From: Octopus sinensis
Taxonomy: Eukaryota
Length of the DNA: 64,000 bases
Reading direction: 5' to 3'
Assembly (NCBI RefSeq): GCF_006345805.1
Contig: NC_043002.1
Coordinates: 106,640,001 to 106,704,000, forward strand
Shown here one piece after another: positions 1 to 13,314 of this stretch (its first letter is position 1; each line of letters opens with the position of its first letter). The position numbers and the translations under genes are program-made. The notes beneath the pieces were generated by a model that worked only from the letters and a program-made list of their open reading frames with translations, did no database searches and had not been told where the DNA came from.

Positions 1-1424
1 GACCTTGAAATACAAACACCTCCCTTCCGAGGGGAGATAACTGCACACACACTCACAAATTTCTTAAACTTTTTTGACTAAATATTATTATTATTCATAT
101 TTTATAATTATGTAAATGATTATAATTAATAATCAGTATTAATTACTGTAATTGATGTTTAGAATAAAATAATGTAACGGGATGTTATTTCGTCACGTAT
201 AGTCAAGAACTAACGTACAATGTTCTCACGAGAACTTATTTTCAACAAGGGAAGTAACTAATGACATGTTGAAAAACTTTTTCTGTCAGATTTTTAATAC
301 AAACACACACACACATATACTTTGTGTATATATATATATATATATAACTTTTTAATTTTTTTTGTTTCAGACGTTAAAGAATTATCCCAGATATTTGTGT
401 ATATATGGTGTGGTCCATTTTGGTGAAAAAATATTGGTAGTCAAGTTGATTCTTGAGAAGGTAATAAGAAAGGAAACGTCTAAAGTTTGAGGTAAACAGA
501 AAAATGGCATTATGCAGTACTTCCAGTGAAGATGAGATGGCTTAGGTTTCAATCTATAGCCCCATGAACCAACGAATGCACTTCTACAAGGTCGCTTGAC
601 CTGCTAGAAATACCAACCAAATCTCACCCAAGGCTTTTAAAACCAGAATAGCCCTTTAGATAATGTTTTAGATACACTATGTCTGATAGGAGCGAGGGCC
701 CCTGTTCAAATACTTGCGACTATAAGGTTGACATGGGACTATTCTGAATGTCCAACTTGAGAGGCAATGGGCAGCAGAGAATGCTTCATGTTGGAGATGG
801 CAGAAGCATGTGGAAGAAAGCCTGGAACTGAGAATGATAAAAGAAATATGCCTCAGCCTATGGTATAGCCAAACAGTTGCTGGAGGAAATTTGTCATGTC
901 TATGTATTTGTATATAGCCTTGTCTACACATGATGTGATAGCTCTAAATGAACATCATCATTACATCAGCAAGGTTGTTTATTTCCATTCTCCCAAGAAA
1001 AACATGTCTAGCCATGGGGAAATATTACCTGACTTGGAAACAGATGAAGGTTGGTGACAGGAAGGATATCCAGCTGTAGATAAATTTTCCTCAATATTCT
1101 GCGTGGAAAAGCAGATGTTAAACAATGACAAGGAAGTCCTCATTCACTACTTCTCTTATCTATTTGATGTCTTCTCATCCCTTCTCACTGCCCCCCTCCC
1201 CAATTCACTTGCATAATGAATGGAAACACTAGACCTGCTCAGACTCGCTCTCCCACCATCTACATCTCTCTACTCTCTCATTCACTAGTGTAGCTGGGAG
1301 TGGGAGTGGTACATCCCGAGTGGCATTTTGTGGTCTGCTGTAGGTAATCTGTGTTTTTTGTTGTGAGGCAGCAAACACTCTAGCTATGCTGGTGCTATCA
1401 TCAAAATGCTTCTGAAATGAGATT

Positions 1425-1667
1425 GCTACATGGTATAGTGGTTAAGAGCACAGGCTACTAACCCCAAAATTCCAATTTTGATTCCAGGCAGTAACCTGAA
1501 TAATAATAATAATAATAATAACAACATTGAAAAATACCTTAGGAATGAAAACCCAAGTTCGAAATTTCCCCAAGACACCTGATGAAGGCTGGAGGGTATA
1601 TCAGCCAAAACATTGTGTTAACAACAAACAAGATGAGGACAAATATCTGTCAAATGTAAATAATGTG
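1425..1667 (+). mobile_element. tRNA-derived SINE with (AAT)n linker and a decayed minimal hammerhead-like 3' part
   Basis: A-box-like TGGTATAGTGGTTAAGAGC; decayed B box; ACAC-CTGATGA-A-GGCTGG..TCAGCC-AAAA-CATT-GTGT at 1575-1618. Confidence 0.6.
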
Positions 1668-2349
1668 CATTGTCATTGTTGGAGTTTGATATTCCTTTCC
1701 ACCCTCTCACTACCACTTGTACCAAATTTACCCCATGACCCTACGACACACACATTACAATGCCTAAGTAAATACGTAGCGATTGCATCAGATCCACTGC
1801 ATCCTCACCATCATTTAACCCCTTATGCTGCCATTCATCACTCCTTATCCTTTGTGAGTTTCTTATAGACTTCCATTACCCTCGTATCCTCCCCATCTTG
1901 ACTAGTCATCACTCACAATCCACTAAACACTGTCCTTCTCTACTAGTAGCCACCTCTCCCTCTCCCTGGTCACTCATTATTGATATCCATCACACTCTCC
2001 TACAGCCAACCATTTCTATAACTATCCGTTATTCCCTCACCCGTTATTTTTCACCATTATTTCTTCTTACTGTGTCCTCGTTATTACAGTATCTCTTCCA
2101 TTACACTCTCTCTGTCTCTTCTTTCGCAATGTCATCCCAATCATTTTATTTCTCCTAACATAACCTGTTTTTTTTTTTACTACATTTCACCTTTGTTCAT
2201 CACCTGCTCTTCTATCCATTCCACTGACTTCCCAAAATCAGCAGTAATAACCTAGAGCAGTGTGAACCCTTTTGTTTTCCAGGGTACAAGACAACCTTTC
2301 TAATGTTGGTTCCATGATAAAATGCTCCCAGCACACTCTTTTACATTAA

Positions 2350-2950
2350 AAAAAAAAGCATCTCAGAGTTACTGGTATAAAAATTAGGAAGAAACCAGCA
2401 TGTATCAATGGAACAACAGCATGTCAGTAACATTCCAAATAAATCATGTACTAAGTTCACCTAATTCAGTACTATAGATTTTATTACACATGCAAGATCC
2501 TGCTCTTTGAAAGCAGGTTAGCATGGGCAAAAAGGTCTTATCTCATTAACCTATTTGATATCGCGAGAGGATCATATGACAGAGCCAAAATAGCTGTGAC
2601 ATAGTTGACCTCCTAAGATAGAGACTTCCTAACCACATATTAGTCTTTACAGAAATGATTGTTTAGCAGTGTCTAACCAGTGTGATAGCCATACTTTAGA
2701 CACTTTGTATAAGAATCTAATCACAACTTTTAACAGCATAGGCAGTAAGACAAAAATCAGCACTAATTTAACCAACTTCTTTGATGTCTCAGTAGACTTA
2801 TAAACCCAATCATCAATTTAGACACACTAGCAGACTTTCCTTCCATTTCCCCAGTATTTTCAGAAATCTGGTACCCAATGTGAGTGATAGGATCTCGATT
2901 GTATCATCCTCTAAGGCACTTTTGACAAAGCAACTCCCAACTAAGTTCAC
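2350..2950 (+). mobile_element. Degenerate Penelope-like RT fragment
   Basis: Broken-frame translation gives LFDIARGSYDRAKI (FDVTMGSxDGAE-like), SLYRNDCLAV (GLYRDDGL-like) and LITTFNSIG..ISTNLTNFFDVSVDL (NFLDV-like). Confidence 0.65.
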
Positions 2951-3017
2951 CTTATCCAGAGATCCAGAGATTGGTTAAACAATGGCTTCAAGGGACCAAT
3001 CATCTAAACCCCCAACC

Positions 3018-3480
3018 ATCAGGCATATGCCATATTCTGAACGCCTTACTTCCCTGGGCATGGATACATTGAAACTCTGACGTCTGGCAGCTGACTTGGC
3101 AGACACCCATAAAATTATTAACCATCTTACTAACAATAACTCTGAGCACCTTTTCAAACTCCACCTGTCTAACACCCGTGGACATGTTTACAAAGTCAGA
3201 AAACAGCACAGCTCACATGACTTTCGGAAACATTTTTTCATGCTAAGAGTTGCTGAAGTATGGAACAAACTGCCGGCATCCGTTGTTAGTTGTCGGAGCA
3301 CTGCATCCTTCAAAACTTCTATGCTTCCTGAGATTCGCCAACACTACAACTGATTTTCTCCCCTCCATACACACGCAAGCATGCATCTGACTCATACACT
3401 GTTCACTTCCCAGACATTACTGCATATGCTTTATATGCACTTTATATGCACTTTGACAAGTCGTGGTGCACCTGAGCACT
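3018..3480 (+). mobile_element. CR1-clade LINE 3' end (ORF2 C-terminus)
   Basis: PYSERLTSLG...TRGHVYKVRKQ..FRKHFF.LRV..VWNKLPASVV is the typical CR1 ORF2 C-terminus. Fused to an RTE-type tail at 3482-3633. Confidence 0.8.
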
Positions 3481-4020
3481 GAGTGGTTGACGTTAGGAAG
3501 GGCATCCAGCTGTAGAAACTTTGCCAGATAAGACCGGAGCCTGGTGCAGCCTTCTGGATTTCCAGATCCCCGGTCGAACTGTCCAACCCATGCTAGCATG
3601 GAGAACGGACGTTAAACGATGATGATGATGATGATTATTATATTTATATTATTATGTAAACCAAAAGGTCCCAGAATAGGCTAAGAAAATGATGATTCTC
3701 TTCCCATTTTCTTTCTAACCCACTTCATACCAACTCATCCAAGACTGTACATGGTTTTATGATACAAACTTCTTGTTTTAAAACGTTCTAAGTTAAAGCT
3801 TTCCATCAAAATTTCATGTTATATTCCAAACATCAGCTTTATACTGGCAGAGTTAATTGACAAAAATTCTCTTTAATATTTTCAAAATTAATTGAAATAA
3901 AATCAATGTATTTTAACAGAAATATGGTAACAAAGGGGTTCAAGTGATCTACATTGCAATCTTCCATCAAAATATCATGTTATGTTCCAAACACCAGATT
4001 TATTTTCTTTCTTTTCTTTG

Positions 4021-4227
4021 TTCTTTTACTTGTTTCAGTCATATGACTGCGGCCATGCTGGAGCACTGCCTTTAGTCAAGCAAATCAACCCCAGGACTTA
4101 TTCTTTGGAATCCTAGTACTTATTCTATTGGTTTCTTTTGCCGAACTGCTAAGTTACAGGGATGTAAACACGCCAACATCGGTTGTCAAGCGATGTTGTG
4201 GGGACAAGCACAGACACACAAACATAT

Positions 4228-4264
<37 letters not shown>

Positions 4265-4691
4265 CATACATATATATATGCAGGAGTGGCTCTGTGGTAA
4301 GTAGCTTGTTTACCAACCACATGGTTCTGGGTTCAGTCCCACTGCGTGGCACCTTGGGCAAGTGTCTTCTACTATAGCCTCGGACCGACCAAAGCTTTGT
4401 GAGTGGATTTGGTTGACGGAAACTGAAAGAAGCCCGTCGTATATATTTATATATAAATATATATATATGTGTGTGTGTGTTTGTGTGTCTGTGTTTGTCC
4501 CCCTAGCATTGCTTGACAACCGATGCTGGTGTGTTTATGTCCCCGTTACTTAGCGGTTTGGCAAAAAGAGACCGATCGAATAAGTACTGGGCTTACAAAA
4601 GAATAAGTCCCAGGGGTCGAGTTGCTCGATTAAAGGCGGTGCTCCAGCATGGCCGCAGTTAAATGACTGAAACAAGTAAAAGAGTAAAAGA

Positions 4692-4722
<31 letters not shown>

Positions 4723-5150
4723 ATACATACATATATATATGCAGGAGTGGCTCTGTGGTAAGTAGCTTGTTTACCAACCACATGGTTCTGGGTTCAGTCC
4801 CACTGCGTGGCACCTTGGGCAAGTGTCTTCTACTATAGCCTCGGACCGACCAAAGCTTTGTGAGTGGATTTGGTTGACGGAAACTGAAAGAAGCCCGTCG
4901 TATATATTTATATATAAATATATATATATGTGTGTGTGTGTTTGTGTGTCTGTGTTTGTCCCCCTAGCATTGCTTGACAACCGATGCTGGTGTGTTTATG
5001 TCCCCGTTACTTAGCGGTTTGGCAAAAAGAGACCGATCGAATAAGTACTGGGCTTACAAAAGAATAAGTCCCAGGGGTCGAGTTGCTCGATTAAAGGCGG
5101 TGCTCCAGCATGGCCGCAGTTAAATGACTGAAACAAGTAAAAGAGTAAAA

Positions 5151-5189
<39 letters not shown>

Positions 5190-5356
5190 TACTACGGGCT
5201 TCTTTCAGTTTCCGTCTACCAAATCCACTCACAAGGCTTTGGTTGGCCCGAGGCTATAGTAGAAGACACTTGTCCAAGGTGTCATGCACTCGGAATGAAC
5301 CCGGAACCATGTGGTTGATAAGCAAGCTACTTACCACACAGCCACTCCTGCGCCTA
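4021..5356. mobile_element. Nested cluster of tRNA/CORE-like SINE family A: a minus copy split by two tandem plus copies
   Basis: Plus copies at 4280-4690 and 4741-5151 (A box TGGCTCTGTGG, B box GGTTCAGTCCC, CACCTTGGGCAAGTG core). Minus-strand tail at 4021-4240 and head at 5190-5356. Confidence 0.9.
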
Positions 5357-5839
5357 TATTGACAATGTAATTTTACGAGATTCTTTATTGTTCCCAAAAT
5401 TGATTAAAACAAAGGTAATGTATTTAGACAGACTTATGGTAAAAGAGGGGTTAAGCATCAAACTAAGTTTAGTAGGAAATTCAAGGCCTCACCAGACAAA
5501 CATTTCCAGCACAACTCTTTGACAAGATCTTTAATTAACAATGTAAGTCAGCTGTTCCTGTGTTCCTTACATGAAACCAACAACAGCATACCAAACCATG
5601 CCAGTTGTTGACCCAGGATATTCATGTAGAAAGGATGACGAATGCACTTTAGACCCAGCTTACAGCAGTTTGTTTGTTATTTATGAAACAAGAGTTTCAT
5701 AAATTGCATCAAATCAAGCAATGGAGGAATACTTCATAAGCTCTCTGTTACTACACCAGGCTAACAATATTGTTTAGGTTAGAAAAAGAACACTGCGTAT
5801 TTTTGAGGCAGGGTCCAGGATTATAGTTTATCACTGTTC

Positions 5840-7690
5840 TATATTGTAAATCTGTGGTTGTGTTCCAGTTATAGACAAGGAATAAATAATGGTCATTACC
5901 CCTGTGGAGGAGAACTTCAACAGGAATACCTTCAAGACCTGGTGCCTTCCCAGTATTGAATTCTTTGATTCTCTTTTGATCTCATCTATAGCTGGATGTT
6001 CCATCATCTCCTGATTGATATCCTTTTGGGGCAGATCACTGATGATTTTTTTATCAATAACTGAAGGATTATAAAAGAGATCAGTGAAGTGCTCATTTCA
6101 CCGTTTCATGATACCCTCATGATCCTTGAAGAGAAAGCAGCTGTCTTTAGATTTAAGTGGTACCACAAATGAAGACCAAGGATCAAACACTTGTCCAATC
6201 AAGTGATATACTGTTATACACTTTCTTAACTGTTATAATACACTTTCTGGATTTTTTCAGAAATATCCGACCACCATTTGTTTTTCATTTGTTGTATCTT
6301 TCTTTGGAGTGATGATTTTATCCTTTTGAGAGACTGCAGTAAGGGCTTTTTATCTTCATCTGGAGCACTGAGGTATTTTTGGCACAAATTATTTTTATCA
6401 TTAAGAAGTTTATTGATCTGTAGATCATTTTCATCAAACCAGTCCCAATGTTTTCTGTTTCTGAGACCAAGAACCTCAACCTCAACATTGTAAATAGTGG
6501 TCTTAAACTGATCTCAAGTTCCATCAAATTCCGCTTCTCCAATAGCATTTCTAAGATTTGCCTGCATCTTAGAGCCCCTTAATTTCAACACATCAATATA
6601 TTTAGGGACTTTTATTCCTCCAGATCTTATTCTACACATGATGCAGAGTTTCAAGTTACCGCGTATGAGTATATGGTCAGTCTCACATTCTGCACCTCGC
6701 ATGACTCAGACAGTACAAACATCTGGAAGGTCTCATTTCCTGGTGATAATATAATAAAGAATATGCCCATGTTTGGATCTAGGGTGCATCCAGGTAAATT
6801 TATGGATATCCTTCTGATGAAAAACAGTGTTGCAGATGATGAGATCAAGTTCAGTGCAGAGCTGGAGAAGACAGAGAGCATTAGCATTCATTTTGCCCAA
6901 ACCATGTCTCCCTAGTGCATCCTGGGTCTCATAATCGCATCTAACATGGGCATTGAAATTGCCAAGGAGGATCTTATCTGCATTTGGAATCGACATCATA
7001 ACCAATCTGAGATCATAGAAAACCATAATCAATTCACTGCTGCCATCAAGAGCAGGAGCTTAAACAGAGATAACAGTCATAAAATGATTGCATGGTAGAG
7101 AAGCTCAAAGATACATAATCCTATCAATGAAGCCATTAGATCGTTCTATTTTGTGGGTTAACTTGGTACGAACGGCAAAGCCAGCACCCCATACTTGTTT
7201 TTCACTCTTTGGTTTACCCTTCCAATAGAAAGTGTATCCAGCACCTGTTTCTGTCAATTGATCTTCAACACTCAACCGAGTTTGAGAGAGTGCAGCAATG
7301 TCAATTCCTTGACTATTATGCCAGTTCGCCGTTCTGAGTTACTTAACCCTTCATGATCAAGAAGTGTCCTGGCATTCCATACACCTACCCATAATCTATA
7401 TTTCTTGCTTGCATGTTTTCTCTTTGTATTCCTTCTTTTGTAGTGAACAGCCGTCAGCTGTAGGTTGCTGACCAGCTTGATGGTAGAACAGGCACTTGTT
7501 TGGGTCACCTTTTCGAGACCTTTCCCAGATTTCTGGGTGATCAGTGCTACCCTAGAGAGGGCTGCTCAGATGTTCTCAACCTCACCAAAGCATGCTGCTG
7601 TTCTTTCAACAATGCAAAGACATTAGATGGGCCCTGAGCCACCCATGTGCAGATACGTGACTATGCACTCCCAGCCCATTAAGCCTGCAC
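5840..7690 (-). mobile_element. Degenerate RTE (BovB-like) LINE 5' half with APE endonuclease
   Basis: WNARTLLD..ERRT, GYTFYWKG, ILLGNFNAHV, LGRHGLGKMNAN, TWMHPRSKHGH and MRGAECETDH occur across several frames with stops and frameshifts. Confidence 0.88.
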
Positions 7691-8114
7691 TTGTCACCAC
7701 TATTCCATTGCTGTGGGACTTGAAAAGATATCCATACATTTAAATATTAATGCCACATGCCTGTACAACACGTACGGCACCCACTCCTCCCACAAAATCT
7801 GATATCCAGTGACAAACCAAGACAAGATATCTGGGTGATTATGGAGGTCACATGTTTTATTATCCTGGAGTTTAAACCTTTCCAGTGGTTTTATATCAGA
7901 GTGTTCTTCTCCCAGTCTTTGTCCAACCAAAGGCTAACTTCAAGAAAGCAGTGAAGGATTTGCATTTGGAGTTACTTTCTCCTAGATAGATTGCCTTCCC
8001 CATGGCTTTATTAAACCTGGGAGCTCCTTCTACCCCATTAATTACATCTACAAATACACACAAATCAAATCAAATAAGAGAAAAGAAAATACAAATATAT
8101 ATATATATAAAATA

Positions 8115-8864
8115 CGAGCAGTATTGCCCGGCTTGTGCGCTCATGCATTCTATGCATGCGCGAATTAATCTAAACTTGGATGAAGTTCAATCAAAATTCA
8201 GTTATTTTGGTTTTAAAATCAAGCATTTAATGCCCTCTATTTTTGCGCTTATGTATTCCATTTCCTCAATAGGAAGTATGTAGAAGTGTTTCATAAATTT
8301 TTTTTGATCAAATAATTGCATTGTTGAATTATTCTTTTAGATCAGTATTTCTCAACAGGGATTTCAGGGAAGAGTTTCAGGGAGTCGCTGGCGATGTATC
8401 GTGATGATCAAAAATCCGGCCAGCTAAAACTTAGTTAAAGTGATTCAAACTGCAGACTCAACGCAAAATGGTCACATTTAATTCAAAGCGTTAAAAATGT
8501 TATGAAAACAATTGGTATGTGTTCACAAATTCGTTTTTATATCTTGATTTTATATTTTTCATGCAATTTACGCATGCTTGCACGCGTGGTGAACACAGTT
8601 CACGTCAAACAGCTGACTGAGTAAAGTTCACTATTCAATGCATGGGATAAGGCCTAAACAAACACATTATCGATTTTTGCACTTGCGAGATGAATTTTGA
8701 AACAGAAATAGCGCAGTTCAATTTTCATTCGCCTAAACTTTAAGTGACCATTTTTGGTGGTTCTACGATTTGTTGGCTAGGAGGAGATGTGCCGGGAAGT
8801 TAAACACACAGACACACACACAGATACACACACAGACACACAAGTTGAGTTTTATATATATAGA
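8115..8864 (-). mobile_element. Non-autonomous Helitron-like element
   Basis: On the minus strand: 5' TC followed by a TGTC-type microsatellite; 3' GC hairpin and decayed CTAG. Ends resemble those of the copies at 29054 and 37749. Confidence 0.65.
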
Positions 8865-9240
8865 TGTCAGATCATTTACGCTACTGGTACTTTGTAACCC
8901 AGTACTACCTGTTGCATGGTCAGGTTGTTGGCGACTAAACTGGCTCCCCAACAAATTCCACTTGGTGAGGAAGGTGTGTATTGGACACCCTGCAGGACTA
9001 AAAACAAGACCTGTAAAAGGGCAGAATAACTCTTAAGAGTCAACAGCCATCCAATTATTATATGTATATAGTTGGCTGAATTGTGGATGTGTCTCCCAAG
9101 TGCATGTTTAGTGTGGTGAACTGTGGGTGAGTTTTGGGTGTGTGAGTGTGTATATATATTTATTTACATTTTTAATTCTTGAATATATGTATGAGTATTG
9201 TGTGTACATGTGTGGTTTTTTTTCATCTTTGGAGAAACAG

Positions 9241-9285
<45 letters not shown>

Positions 9286-9628
9286 CGGTCTGGTTTTCAT
9301 ATTTTTTATTAATTTTTAGTATTTAAAAAAACAAATCTTTTTACACTGTTGAAAAGTGTTAAGCATTAAAAAAATATTTTATAATGTTCATTAAGTTCAA
9401 TTAGCACTTTCATTCGTTCGTAGTAATCATCAGATTTCAAAATATATTTAACTGACTGTTGAGTTCTTGACAACTGTAGTAAAATGACTGACTTCTTCCT
9501 TTTTGTACCTCCTAATTTTTGGAATATGGTTTTGACCAATCCACATGCAGCTTAAACATCATGGTTTGCCAGGCATACCGATATTACTGGCATAGGTCTT
9601 ATGTATATGTATCATCATCATATGTACA

Positions 9629-9663
<35 letters not shown>

Positions 9664-9667
<4 letters not shown>

Positions 9668-10490
9668 TCATCATCATCATCATCGTTTAACGTCCGTTTT
9701 CCGCGCTAGCACGGGTTGGACGGTTCGACCGGGGTCTGGGAAGCCAGGAGCTGCACCAGGCTCCAGTCTGATCTGGCAGAGTTTCTACAGCTGGATGCCC
9801 TTCCTAACACCAACCACCCCGTGAGTGTAGTGGGTGCTTTTTACGTGCCACCTGCACAGGTGCCAGGGGGTGTCTGGCAACGGCCACGATCGGTTGAAGC
9901 TTTTAACGTGCCACCGGCACGGAAGCCAGCTGGCAACGGCCATGTTCGGATGGTGCTTTTTATGTGCCACCAGCACAGAAGCCAGTCGGGGCAGCGCTGG
10001 CATCGGCCACGTTCGGATGGTGCTTTTTATGTGCCACCGGCACAGAAGCCAGTCGAGTCGCACTGGCTACGGCCATGTTCGGATGGTGCTTTTTATGTCC
10101 CACTAGCACAGGTATCACAACTACTATTTCCATTGATATTTATTTCGATGTTCATGTTCATGTACTTGACTCAACAGGTCTCCTCAAGCACAGCGGGACG
10201 TTCTGGGATCCAGGGTACTTTGAATGGGCAGGGGCTATGCGGAACCGGTGCAGGAAGCAGCCCGGGTCTTTGCAGTCACAGCATATCTCCAGAGATCTCG
10301 GTCCTTCGCCATTACCTCAGTGAGGCCCAACGCTCTGAGGTCATGCTTGACTACCTCATCCCATATCTTCCTGGGTCTACCTCTCCCCCTGATACCTTCA
10401 ACTGTTTGGGAGTGGCACTTCTTCACACATCTCTCCTCATCCATCTGCAGTACATGATCAAACCATCGCAAGTGTCGCTCTTGCACACCA
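9664..10490 (-). mobile_element. 5'-truncated RTE LINE 3' end with tandem-repeat 3' UTR and (GAT)n tail
   Basis: ORF 10235-10486 has LRWFDHV..GRGRPRKIWDEVVKHDL..DRDLWR, the RTE C-terminus. About five ~60-bp units at 9830-10110. Confidence 0.9.
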
Positions 10491-11436
10491 CATCTGGCCC
10501 CTACATCTCACCATATAAAAAAAATTTTTATCTTTATTTTAAATACCTACTGTTTTATTATTTGGCAACATGTGTTTCATGAGGTACATCCTTGGGTTCC
10601 TAAACCACTCCGTGTTTTCCTAGAACCCTTCTTAAAATGTAACCCCAATCATCAGGTCCTTATATCACTTAATCAACGTTCAATACAATAAACTATATTT
10701 TAATTTTTTAAAGCCCTTAAGTATGTGTAAAATAGGTATGTTTAAATTAGTTTCGCTGGACCCTACAGTACAAGCCATAATTCAGATAAAAATTCAAATA
10801 AAAAGTTACAAAAATAAATAAATAACTCCCTTACTTTAGTTAAGAGGTTTACCTCTTAAATTACCTGCTGCCATATACTTTATACCAAGGACCATACTAA
10901 CAGGAGTAATTACCAGGAATGCCTCTGGATACTTCTATCCCTTATAGGGCTTAACGCTTATAACTTATATACACATATATATTCTTTGGAGGAATGGCTA
11001 TATCCTTCAGGGAAAAGTAAATTTTTACCAACTCTATTTTACCAGTATCATTCATATTTCATTTATTGCTATAGTGATAGCAACAAAAATTTATTTAACA
11101 GAAGCAGAATCAAAGGTTACAAACCTCATTCAGGGATAGCAAAATCCTATGAAAGTACTGGTTAGTGACCTATACAAAGAATGTTGAATATTATAGTTGA
11201 TACTCAACTGCAAGATAATTATATAAACTGTGGTATGTATATATTTATTTATTATATTAAGATGAGAAAATAGAGAGGTAATTAATGAATTATTATTTAT
11301 TAATTAAAAAATTGACAAACATCCTTTATGAACACACACACACATATATATATACACACACACATGCATATATATACACACATGTATATGTGTGTATCTG
11401 TGTGTGGGTGTGGGGGTGTTGATATATATATACTTA

Positions 11437-13314
11437 TCTACTACACATGTGGAAAATCGGTGTGTGTTTGTTTGTGGCATTGTTATCTAACTCCTCCTAT
11501 ATCATTTTATTGATTTTGATGAAACTTGACACATGAGTAGAACTCATGTCTGGAAAACTCATGGCATACTTAAATTGTTGAAAAAAAAATCGATAATACC
11601 GCCCCTAGAAGGGATCTTTATATCTACCTCATATAACTAATGTTTCTTAAACACCCAAGGGAAATAACCAATAGCACCTGCACAGTAATTTTTAAACACT
11701 CAAGGGAAATAACCCATAGCACTTGCAGTTTCAGTTGTTAGTTTTTAGCTAAGCACTCAATATTTGATTCTCACAATCAGTGTACCTAATTCTGCATTTC
11801 ACTACTCACAATTTTCAACTGCTCAACCTTATTATTGCACGTTCTTGATGCATGTACACTTTCAATGTCCATAATTCCAATAATTCTGCATTTTTCCAGT
11901 TAAAATTTTTTGATGACAGTACATAAATTTTTGATTCCAGAATGTATTTAATAAGTGTGTCCCAATACAATGAACTCACACTTTGAATACTTAAAATTCT
12001 TAAAAAATGAAACTAAACTTCCTCACCATATTCAGTTGGGACACCCTGTATCACTTATACTTATTTTACAAATCATAATATTTTTTACTTATTTAGAGTT
12101 CATACAACACTTTCATGAAACTAATACAGCCATCGAATTTATAAATATTTTACAGGTTTCATTGTTTATGTTCGATTACTTTGAATATTGATTTTTTTGT
12201 GTGTCCAATTTTTAACTTTTGCTGACAATATCACTTTTATACTTTATTTGACACGTGAGTAGAACTCATGTCTGGAAACCTTGAAAAAATCGATAATAGG
12301 GCTCCTCCAATAGATCCTTCTATCTACTACATATTACTAATATTTTATTTAAACAACCTAAGGGAAATAACCCATACCACCTGCAGTTTTTAAAGAAGTG
12401 ATCAATAATTGATTCTCATGATCAGGCGAACTAATTCTGCATTTCACAACTCAGTTTTGAACTGCTAAACGTTATTATTGCACTTCCTTGATTTGAATCT
12501 TAAACCTTCAAGACTTCATTCATACATTTTTACACATGCATACCTTTTTCAATGTCCATTGCTCCGATAATTCTGCATTTTTACAGTTACACTTTTTCCA
12601 TGACAGTTTTATTCCACAACGTATTAGTAGTGGCTTCATGCAGGCATAGCATGGATTTGATCCTCAATTGCCAAATTTCACTTAACACTTCAACAGCACT
12701 TTTGTCATGGTAAAACATTAGTTTTTCTGTGAATGACAGCAGTTATACATTTCCCGGATGCCTTTGCTAAGCAGAATAATGTCTTTGCCACTTTACCCTT
12801 CTAACTTCTTCTAGGCCACCAGGGGCTGGAAAGGAGATAACAGACCTCCAACAAAATCATTTGTTCTCAATATATCTATCCTTCTGGCTGCTTTTCGATA
12901 GTTATAAAAACAAGAACTCTGTAAGCTAAAGGCAGTTATTGAGACCGTCCATCAGTGAGTGTGAACGTTCTTATTGCACTTACTTCATTTCATTCTTAAA
13001 CATTAAATATTTCATTCATATATTTATATACATATACATTACATTTATATATTACCTTTAATAAATTAGCCTTCATAAAGTTCACCTTTAAAATGCCACG
13101 ATGAGTCAGAGTACTTTCTCGCCAACCTCGGAAAAACTCTCTCACCAACCTCCAACAATTCCTCCCTCTTCCAGATGACAGTTTTTTGTACTTTTACGCG
13201 AGGGAAAGTACACCTTTTGTGGCAGTTATAACGAAATTGCTTTCTTATATCAGAGTAATAAGGCGTTTCAATAGAACATCTTTACCCCCGGGAATTACCA
13301 GGTACCCCAGCTAG
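11437..13314 (+). mobile_element. Non-autonomous Helitron-like element with an internal ~0.4 kb duplication
   Basis: Starts A|TC followed by TGTG/TTTG repeats; ends with a CCCGGG..CCAGG hairpin and CTAG|T. 11527-11960 is repeated at about 12247-12630. Confidence 0.65.

Noticed and set aside
9830-10110. CRISPR-like array of conserved cores with variable spacers
   Set aside because: The 'spacers' are homologous to each other, the array lies in an RTE 3' UTR, there are no cas genes, and the context is eukaryotic.
9716-10582. 288-aa plus-strand ORF
   Set aside because: Antisense to the RTE 3' end and its GC-rich repeats; no recognisable protein.
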